Assembly (NCBI RefSeq): GCF_965208055.1
Contig: NZ_CBDBNY010000004.1
Span: 2,814,029 to 2,878,028, forward strand
From: Candidatus Palauibacter sp.
GTDB lineage: Bacteria; Gemmatimonadota; Gemmatimonadetes; Palauibacterales; Palauibacteraceae
DNA: 64,000 nt
Reading direction: 5' to 3'
This document shows, piece after piece, positions 56,887 to 64,000 of the stretch; position 1 is the stretch's first letter, and each line of letters begins with the position of its first letter. The notes below the pieces were generated by a model, which saw nothing but the letters and a program-made list of their open reading frames with translations, searched no databases and had not been told where the DNA came from. The translations under genes and the position numbers were made by a program.

Positions 56887-58667
56887 TGCGGCGCGCGCGA
56901 TCGGTCGCCTTCGCGGCCGCGGCGCTGCTCGCGCTCGGGGCGGCGGCGCCGGTCGGGTCGCCGGACGGGCCGGCCGGGCCGGATGCGCCGGTCGCCGACG
57001 CGGCCATGCGCGGCGACCTGGACGCCGTGCGGTCGCTGCTCGCCGCGGGCGAGGACGTGAACGGCGCCCGGGGCGACGGAATGACGGCACTCCACTGGGC
57101 CGCGATGAAGGGGCGGCTCGACGTGGCCCAAGTGCTGATCGAGGCGGGCGCGGACCTTGGAGCGGGCACGCGGCTGGGCGGGCACGCGCCGCTCCACGTT
57201 GCGAGCCGGGCGGCGCACGCGCCGCTCGTCGAAGCGCTGCTGGAGGCGGGAGCCGACGCCCTCGCCGCGACGTCGACCGGCGCGACCGCGCTGCACTTCG
57301 CCGCCGCCGCCGGGTCGCCGGAGGCGGTCGCGGCGCTGCTGCGCCACGGCGCCGATCCGAACGCCCGGGAGCCCGAATGGGGTCAGACGCCGCTCATGTT
57401 CGCCGCGGCGGCGGGCCGGGCCGGCTCGGCGAGTGCCCTCGTCGACGCGGGGGCCGACGTTTCGCTCACCGCCTACGTGCTCGACATCGTGGCGCGCGAC
57501 GCGTGGGACCAGCTCGACCGCCGCGAGCGCAATGCCCGCGTGGCCGCGCTCCGGGCGGGCCGCGCGCCGCCGCCCGCGAACGAGCGTGAACCGGCCCCCG
57601 GGCCGACCGCCGCGCCCGGCTCCGGCCCCCAGCCCGTGCGGCTGGCGGACCCGGAGGAGCCGGCCTGCTCCGGCTGCCTGGGCAACTATGCCGACCTCGT
57701 GGGTACGCACGGCGGGCTGACCGCGCTGCTGCTCGCCGCCCGCGAAGGCCACCGCGACGTGGCGCTGGCCCTGCTCGACGAGGGTGCGGACATCGACCAG
57801 CGGAGCGCCGCGGACGACACGACCCCGCTGCTCATCGCGATGATCAACGGGCACTTCGACCTCGCGATGGAACTCTTCGCGCGGGGCGCCGACCCCACCC
57901 TCGCGAGCGATGCCGGCGCCACCCCGCTGTACGCGGCGCTCAACATGCACTGGGCCCCGAAGGCGCGGCATCCGCAGCCCACGGACGTGCACCAGCAGGA
58001 ATGGTCGTACCTCGACGTCCTGCGAACGTTGCTCGAAGCGGGCGTCGACCCCAACCCGCGGCTCAAGAAGTCGCTCTGGTTCACGACCTACAATCGCGAT
58101 CTGCTCGGGGTCGACCGCACCGGCGCCACGCCCTTCTGGCGCGCCGCGCACGCGCTCGACATCGACGCCATGAAGCTGCTCCTGGAGTACGGGGCCGATC
58201 CCGCGATTCCGACGGCGAAGGTGCCGGAGCGGCGTTACGGCCGGGGCGGAGACGACATCGATCATTCCGGTCTCGACCCGATCCCCGTCGGGGGACCGGC
58301 CGTCCATCCGATCCATGCGGCGGCCGGCGTCGGCTACGGGCAGGGCTTCGCCGGCAACTCGCACCGCCATGTGCCGGATGGCTGGCTACCCGCCATGAAG
58401 TTCCTTGTCGAGGAACTCGGCGCCGACGTGAACGCGCGCGACCACAACGGGTACACGCCCGCCCACCACGCCGCCTCGCGCGGCGACAACGAGATGATCC
58501 TCTATCTCGTCGAGCGGGGCGCCGACGTGACGCTCGTGGCCCGTAACGGCCAGACCACGGTGGACCTGGCGAACGGACCTGTGCAGCGGGTGCAGCCGTT
58601 CCCGGAGACGATCGCCCTCCTGGAGAGCCTCGGCGCGAGGAACAACCACCGCTGCGTCTCCTGCTGA
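56886..58667 (+). CDS. Exported ankyrin-repeat protein (copy 2)
   Basis: Signal peptide, ankyrin repeats, internal CSGC, ends NNHRCVSC. Confidence 0.92.
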   Translation: MRRARSVAFAAAALLALGAAAPVGSPDGPAGPDAPVADAAMRGDLDAVRSLLAAGEDVNGARGDGMTALHWAAMKGRLDVAQVLIEAGADLGAGTRLGGHAPLHVASRAAHAPLVEALLEAGADALAATSTGATALHFAAAAGSPEAVAALLRHGADPNAREPEWGQTPLMFAAAAGRAGSASALVDAGADVSLTAYVLDIVARDAWDQLDRRERNARVAALRAGRAPPPANEREPAPGPTAAPGSGPQPVRLADPEEPACSGCLGNYADLVGTHGGLTALLLAAREGHRDVALALLDEGADIDQRSAADDTTPLLIAMINGHFDLAMELFARGADPTLASDAGATPLYAALNMHWAPKARHPQPTDVHQQEWSYLDVLRTLLEAGVDPNPRLKKSLWFTTYNRDLLGVDRTGATPFWRAAHALDIDAMKLLLEYGADPAIPTAKVPERRYGRGGDDIDHSGLDPIPVGGPAVHPIHAAAGVGYGQGFAGNSHRHVPDGWLPAMKFLVEELGADVNARDHNGYTPAHHAASRGDNEMILYLVERGADVTLVARNGQTTVDLANGPVQRVQPFPETIALLESLGARNNHRCVSC

Positions 58668-58740
58668 CCGCGAGCCGTCGACGACTCGTGACGAGAACCC
58701 ATCAACAAGACCGGCGAACTCGGGCCGGCCTGACCTGACC

Positions 58741-60273
58741 ATGCCGGATACCGCTACTGTCTGGGAACTGCTCGCGGGCGGTTCGGGGGAGAGTCCCGCC
58801 ATCGCCGCCCCCGACCGCCAACCTCTCGACTTCGCGGGCCTCTGCCGACACGTCGAGACGACCGTCGGCGCCCTCAACGGCTTCGGCATCGGGCGGGGCG
58901 ATCGCGTGGCGATCGTGCTCCCCAACGGTCCCGAGATGGCTTCCGCCTTCGTCTCCGTGGCGTGCGCGGCGACGGCCGCCCCCCTGAACCCGGCCTACCG
59001 GCAGCCCGAGTACGAGTTCTACCTCTCCGACCTGAGCGCGAAGGCGCTCATCCTCGAAGCGGGCAGCGACTCCCCGGCGCGCACCGCGGCCGCCGACATC
59101 GGGATCCCGATTCTCGAGTTGCACGCCGACGCCGAAGCTCCCGCCGGGACGTTCGAACTCGTGCGGCAGGGACCCGGGGAGGACGGATCCGCCGCCGCGA
59201 ATTCGGGGCTTGGGACGGCGGATGACGTCGCACTCATCCTTCACACCTCCGGAACGACATCGCGCCCCAAGATCGTGCCGCTCTCCCACCGGAACGTCTG
59301 CGCCTCCGCGGGCAACATCCAGCGCACGCTGCGGCTCACGGCTGAGGATCGCTGCCTGAACGTGATGCCGCTGTTTCACATCCACGGACTCATAGCGGCC
59401 GTGCTCGCGCCGCTCGGCGTCGGAGGCTCGATCTTCTGCACCCCCGGCTTCAACGTGCTCCGCTTCTTCTCGTGGCTCGACGAAGCGCGGCCCACGTTCT
59501 ACACGGCCGTTCCCACGATGCATCAGGCGATTCTGGCGCGCGCCCCGAGGAACCGCGACGCGGTCGAGCGGAACCCGCTGCGCTTCATCCGCTCGGCTTC
59601 CGCCTCCCTCCCGCCGCAGGTGATGGCGGAACTCGAGGACACGTTCGGCGCTCCCGTGGTGGAGGCGTACGCGATGACCGAAGCGGCGCACCAGATGACG
59701 TGCAACCCGCTTCCGCCCGCGGCGCGCAAGCCGGGCACGGTCGGGATCGCCGCGGGCCCCGAGGTTTCGATCATGGACGAGGCCGGAGCGCTCCTGCCGG
59801 CGGGCGAGGTGGGGGAGATCGTCATCCGCGGCGCGAACGTCAGCGACGGCTACGAGAACAACCCCGCCGCGAATGCCGAGGCCTTCACCAACGGGTGGTT
59901 CCGGACGGGGGACCAGGGCGTGCTGGACGACGAGGGCTACGTCACGATCACCGGACGCCTGAAGGAGATCATCAACCGCGGGGGCGAGAAGATCTCACCG
60001 CGCGAGATCGACGAGGCGATCCTCGACCACCCGGCCGTGCGCCAGGTCGTGGCGTTCGCGGTGCCGCACCCGAAGCTGGGCGAGGAAATCGCGGCGGCCG
60101 CGGTGCTCCGCGAGGGGATGGAGGCGACGCCGCGCGAACTGCAGGCGTTCGCGGCGGAGCGGCTCGCCGACTTCAAGGTCCCCCGGAAGATCCTTCTCAT
60201 GGACGACATCCCCAAGGGTCCGACCGGCAAGCTCCAGCGCATCGGCATGGCCGAGAAGCTCGGCCTGACCTGA
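58741..60273 (+). CDS. Acyl-CoA synthetase, probable oxalate-CoA ligase
   Basis: HTSGTTSRPK, PLFHIHG, FIRSASASL, EAYAMTEAAH, PKGPTGKLQR. Confidence 0.8.
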   Translation: MPDTATVWELLAGGSGESPAIAAPDRQPLDFAGLCRHVETTVGALNGFGIGRGDRVAIVLPNGPEMASAFVSVACAATAAPLNPAYRQPEYEFYLSDLSAKALILEAGSDSPARTAAADIGIPILELHADAEAPAGTFELVRQGPGEDGSAAANSGLGTADDVALILHTSGTTSRPKIVPLSHRNVCASAGNIQRTLRLTAEDRCLNVMPLFHIHGLIAAVLAPLGVGGSIFCTPGFNVLRFFSWLDEARPTFYTAVPTMHQAILARAPRNRDAVERNPLRFIRSASASLPPQVMAELEDTFGAPVVEAYAMTEAAHQMTCNPLPPAARKPGTVGIAAGPEVSIMDEAGALLPAGEVGEIVIRGANVSDGYENNPAANAEAFTNGWFRTGDQGVLDDEGYVTITGRLKEIINRGGEKISPREIDEAILDHPAVRQVVAFAVPHPKLGEEIAAAAVLREGMEATPRELQAFAAERLADFKVPRKILLMDDIPKGPTGKLQRIGMAEKLGLT

Positions 60274-60286
60274 CCGGCGGCGGCTG

Positions 60287-61267
60287 ATGCGGATCTGCAT
60301 CTACGGGGCGGGCGCGATCGGGGGATACCTCGGCGCGCAACTGTCGCTGGCGGGGCGGGACGTCACGCTCATCGCGCGCGGCCCCCACCTGGAGGCGATG
60401 CAGCGACACGGCGTGCGGCTGCTGATCGACGGCGAGGAGCGCGTCGCCCATCCCCGCTGCACGGACGACCCCGCGGAGGTGGGGCCTCAGGACTACGTGA
60501 TCGTCACGCTCAAGGCACATTCCGTCCCCTGGATCGTGGAACCGATGCAGCCGCTGCTCGGGCCCGGCACGGCCGTGGTCACGGCGACGAATGGCCTCCC
60601 GTGGTGGTACTTCTACCAACTCGAAGGCCCGTGGCGCGACCGGCGCCTCGAGAGCCTCGACCCCGGCGGCGTGCAGTGGGACGAGATCGGCCCGGAGCGC
60701 GTCATCGGCTGCGTCGTGTATGCGGCCACCGAGGTGTCGGAGCCCGGCGTGATCCGGCACCTGAAGTACAACCGGTTCACGCTCGGCGAGCCCGGCGGCG
60801 AGAAGACGGAGCGCGTGCGGCGGCTGGCGCGAGCGATGATCGGCGCGGGATTCCGGGCTCCGATCCGGGGCATCCGAAACGAGATGTGGGTGAAGCTGTG
60901 GGGGAACGTCGCCTTCAATCCGATCAGCGCCCTCACGCTTGGAACCTTGGGCACCATCGCCGGAGACCCCGATACGCGTGCGGTCGCGAAGACGATGATG
61001 CTCGAGGGGCAGGCGGTTGCCGAGGCGCTGGGCGCCCGTTTCTCGATCGACATCGAACGGCGCATCAACGGGATTGCGGCCGTGGGCGAGCACCGGACAT
61101 CGATGCTGCAGGATCTCGACAAGGGCCGGCCCATGGAGATCGACGCCCTCGTCACGGCCGTGCAGGAGATGGGGCGTATGGTCGATGTCCCCACTCCGAC
61201 GATCGACGTGGTCCTCGCCCTCGTCCGCCAGCGCGCCCGCGTCGCCGGCGCCTACCCCTCCGCCTGA
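60287..61267 (+). CDS. Ketopantoate reductase family protein (PanE2-like, possible oxalyl-CoA reductase)
   Basis: GAGAIG, NGLPWWYF, WVKLWGN, TSMLQD. Confidence 0.82.
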   Translation: MRICIYGAGAIGGYLGAQLSLAGRDVTLIARGPHLEAMQRHGVRLLIDGEERVAHPRCTDDPAEVGPQDYVIVTLKAHSVPWIVEPMQPLLGPGTAVVTATNGLPWWYFYQLEGPWRDRRLESLDPGGVQWDEIGPERVIGCVVYAATEVSEPGVIRHLKYNRFTLGEPGGEKTERVRRLARAMIGAGFRAPIRGIRNEMWVKLWGNVAFNPISALTLGTLGTIAGDPDTRAVAKTMMLEGQAVAEALGARFSIDIERRINGIAAVGEHRTSMLQDLDKGRPMEIDALVTAVQEMGRMVDVPTPTIDVVLALVRQRARVAGAYPSA

Positions 61268-61305
61268 ATTCGACCCGGGATCCGACGATCCCACTGGAGA
61301 ACCAT

Positions 61306-61740
61306 ATGAAGAACCCTCCGGACGGCTGGCCGAGAATCACTCCCGCCGTGTTCTACGACGACGCCGGCGCCGCGATCGACTGGCTGGCCGATGCTTTCGG
61401 GTTCGACGTGCGGGAGAGGATCGAGAACGAGCAGGGGCAGGTCGTGCATTCCCAGCTCGCCCTGAACGGTGGCCTCATCATGGTTGGCCAGGCGGGGCTC
61501 ACGCCGGGCCGGACGTACCCCCGATCCCCGCAGGCCGCTGACGGCGCGAACACGCAGTCGCTCATGGTCTACGTGGACGACGCGGACGCGCACTGCGAGC
61601 GGGCGCGCGCGGCCGGCGCCGCGATCACGACCGAACCGGCCACCCAGGACTACGGCGAGGACTACTGGTCCGACCGAAGCTACGAGACCCGGGATCTCGA
61701 GGGTCACTACTGGTGGTTCGTTCAGCGCCTGCGCGGATAA
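61306..61740 (+). CDS. VOC/glyoxalase family protein
   Basis: AAIDWLADAFGF, VDDADAHCERARAAGA, RDLEGHYW. Confidence 0.88.
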   Translation: MKNPPDGWPRITPAVFYDDAGAAIDWLADAFGFDVRERIENEQGQVVHSQLALNGGLIMVGQAGLTPGRTYPRSPQAADGANTQSLMVYVDDADAHCERARAAGAAITTEPATQDYGEDYWSDRSYETRDLEGHYWWFVQRLRG

Positions 61741-61788
61741 CAGGCCCGGTGTGCCGAACGCAGAACGAGCACCGCTCCGGAGTCGCCG

Positions 61789-62535
61789 ATGAACATACGC
61801 GGTATCGTGGAGGGAAGCGTGGGGGGATCGGCCAAAGGGTCCCGCCGATGGTTCGACAAGTGCGTGTTCTTCCTCATCATCGCCTCGCTCGTGTCGATGT
61901 CGTTGTCCACCCTCCACCAGTTGCCACCCGCCTGGAAGGCGACGCTCGCCGTCTGTGAAATCGTCGTCGTCATTCTCTTCACGATCGAGTACGGGCTGCG
62001 GATCGTCGCCGCGGAGAACAAGTGGTCCTTCGTCCGCAGCTTCTACGGCATCGTCGACCTTGTAGCCCTTCTTCCGTTCTACCTCTCGCTCGCAGGGGTC
62101 GGAATCGACCTGCGGGCGGTTCGCGGCCTGCGATTGCTCCGCGTGTTCCGGCTCTTCGAGATCGCACGATACAGCACGGCGGTGACCAGGCTGGTGAAGG
62201 CCGTGCAGTACGCGCGCCACGAGGCCACGGTGTTTCTGTTCGCCACGCTGATTCTGCTGTACGTCGCGGCCCTCGGTATCCATCATTTCGAGCACGAGGC
62301 CCAACCCGAGAAGTTCGAATCGGTGTTCCACAGCCTGTGGTGGGCGGTCGTGACGCTGACGACGGTGGGGTACGGGGATGCATACCCCGTCACGGTGGGG
62401 GGCAAGATCTTCACGTTCATCATTCTGATTTGCGGGATGGGGATCGTGGCCGTGCCCGCCGGACTGGTCGCGTCAGGCATGGCGCGGGCGACGGACGAGG
62501 CACTGCGGAGCGGGCGGCCCGAAGACGAGAGTTGA
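61789..62535 (+). CDS. 6TM voltage-gated-type potassium channel
   Basis: S4-like RAVRGLRLLRVFRLF; filter TTVGYGD. Confidence 0.92.
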   Translation: MNIRGIVEGSVGGSAKGSRRWFDKCVFFLIIASLVSMSLSTLHQLPPAWKATLAVCEIVVVILFTIEYGLRIVAAENKWSFVRSFYGIVDLVALLPFYLSLAGVGIDLRAVRGLRLLRVFRLFEIARYSTAVTRLVKAVQYARHEATVFLFATLILLYVAALGIHHFEHEAQPEKFESVFHSLWWAVVTLTTVGYGDAYPVTVGGKIFTFIILICGMGIVAVPAGLVASGMARATDEALRSGRPEDES

Positions 62536-62536
62536 G

Positions 62537-64000
62537 CTAGGCGCCGAAGAGGGGGATCCGGAACACGCGTGCGAAGATCAGAATGCCGCACAGGCCCATG
62601 AAGATGAGCAGGCTCAATCCCCCGAAGCAGCGGGCGAACCACGACGGGTAGAAGAGTTCGTCCTCCTTCGGGATCACCTTCAGGCAGAAGTAGAGGTTGA
62701 AGAAGTAGATCACGGGCGCGACGAAGAAGGCGAGCGCCGAAGCGACGAGCACGAGGAACACGGGGCGCGGGTCGAAGGTGATGTAAAGGACCGAGGCGAT
62801 GAGCGAGTAGAACATCGTCATCCGGTAGATGTTGTACTCGGAGTTCCACGTCCGCCGCCGTTCGGGATCGGCCCGATCCTCCGGCGATATCCCGCGCAGG
62901 CGCGCCGTCGTGCGGAAGAGGTTCCGGCAGCATGCGCCGACGATGCGGGGCCATCCGTCAAAGTAGTTGAAGGCGGTGGAATACGTGGCCGCGAGGGCCC
63001 CGAGGATGAAGATCATCATCATCCACGGTCCCACGCTGAGCGTGAAGATGCCCGCGATCTCCCCCATGACGGCGCGCCCCTCGATCGGACTCGGATGGAG
63101 CCACACCGCGGCGAGGAGGACGAAGATCGCCGCCAGCGCGAAGGAGACGACGTGGCCCGTCCGGAAGTCCCACAGCCCGATCCGGAACCAGCGGCGGCAG
63201 TACTCCCGCGCGTGCGGGGAGAGCCGCGCGGTATCGACCGCGAGGTCGGATGCGGGCGAGGTGAAGGGGTCGAAGCGAGGCGCGACGCCGGTCGCCTCGA
63301 GATGGGGCCGGACCTTGCTCATGCCCGCGCGCTTCGCCTTCCCCCACTCCGACGCCTGCAGCGAGACATCGATGCCGGTCGGCAGCAGGCCGAGGAAGCC
63401 CGCGATCACGAGCCACGACCCGTCGGGGATCTCGAAGAGGAAGAAGTGCCCCATCTCGGCGAGCGGCGCCGGCTGGACGATATAGACCGCGACCGATGAG
63501 AGGACGAGGACGCCCGCGAGGGCCTTCGTCGTGTTCTCGATGGCCTTGTAGCTGCCCCGGAGGATGATGCCCACGGAGAGCACGCCGAGCAGCGCCGCGT
63601 ACACTTCGAGCGGAACGGCAAGGCCCAGGTATTCGCTGAACAGGTAGTAGAGGACCGCGGCGGCCGCGATCAGACGTCCCGCCTGGCCGATCGCGCACTG
63701 GATGAGCGTCGTGATCATCACGTACCAGAGCGGCCACTTCCAGCGCGCCGTGGCATAGGCCTCGAGGAGACTCTTCCCGGTCGCATTGGTGAACCGGAAG
63801 GCCATCTCGAAGCCGTAATACTTGAAGATGTAGGCGACGGGCAGGCACCAGAGGAGGGCGTGGGCGAACCGGCCTCCGGCGGTGGGCGCCGTGACGACGT
63901 GGCTCGTTCCGATCCCCGTCATCATGAGGATCAGCCCGGGGCCGAAATGAGCGAGAAGATCGCGCGGCCTGAGCGACGGGAGGGCGAAGTCCTCCGGATT
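62537..64000 (-). CDS. Nramp-like/APC-fold transporter (5' truncated by window edge)
   Basis: FGPGLILMMTGIGTSH, RFTNATGKSLLEAY, DGWPR; frame open to the window end. Confidence 0.8.
   Translation of the reverse strand, partial: NPEDFALPSLRPRDLLAHFGPGLILMMTGIGTSHVVTAPTAGGRFAHALLWCLPVAYIFKYYGFEMAFRFTNATGKSLLEAYATARWKWPLWYVMITTLIQCAIGQAGRLIAAAAVLYYLFSEYLGLAVPLEVYAALLGVLSVGIILRGSYKAIENTTKALAGVLVLSSVAVYIVQPAPLAEMGHFFLFEIPDGSWLVIAGFLGLLPTGIDVSLQASEWGKAKRAGMSKVRPHLEATGVAPRFDPFTSPASDLAVDTARLSPHAREYCRRWFRIGLWDFRTGHVVSFALAAIFVLLAAVWLHPSPIEGRAVMGEIAGIFTLSVGPWMMMIFILGALAATYSTAFNYFDGWPRIVGACCRNLFRTTARLRGISPEDRADPERRRTWNSEYNIYRMTMFYSLIASVLYITFDPRPVFLVLVASALAFFVAPVIYFFNLYFCLKVIPKEDELFYPSWFARCFGGLSLLIFMGLCGILIFARVFRIPLFGA

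Noticed and set aside
47043-61267. panB and the panE-like gene as a pantothenate cluster
   Set aside because: They are about 12 kb apart, and the PanE-like gene is coupled to an oxalate-CoA-ligase-like gene.
1-64000. CRISPR arrays, tRNA/rRNA genes, integrases, transposases, prophage genes
   Set aside because: None recognised by eye; a tRNAscan-SE/Infernal run would be needed to exclude short RNAs fully.

Overview
High-GC bacterial chromosomal window with about 60 CDSs. Gene content (many exported hydrolases, DUF1592/DUF1552/ankyrin cassettes, DUF5916 protein) suggests a Gemmatimonadota/Acidobacteriota-like organism, which is inference only. No rRNA, tRNA, CRISPR array or transposase was recognised. 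Highlights: (1) two paralogous copies of an exported module of unknown function (diheme DUF1592 protein + Tat-exported His/Cys-rich DUF1552 protein + ankyrin protein ending in CxxC), the first facing an operon for a heme-c/PHM-type copper monooxygenase; (2) an exported peroxiredoxin-like selenoprotein split by the ORF track at an active-site UGA with a SECIS-like hairpin, convergent on ccdA-tlpA; (3) an AT-richer islet with a minimal thermonuclease, XRE-ImmA/IrrE peptidase and PIN protein between imperfect inverted repeats; (4) a candidate ~60-nt sRNA with its own promoter and terminator; (5) TA loci phd-vapC and hicAB, plus an orphan RHH antitoxin with a MazF C-terminal remnant; (6) a probable oxalyl-CoA synthetase/reductase pair; (7) three junctions that appear to need CUG starts overlapping the upstream UGA. 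All calls are from reading motifs by eye; no searches were run.
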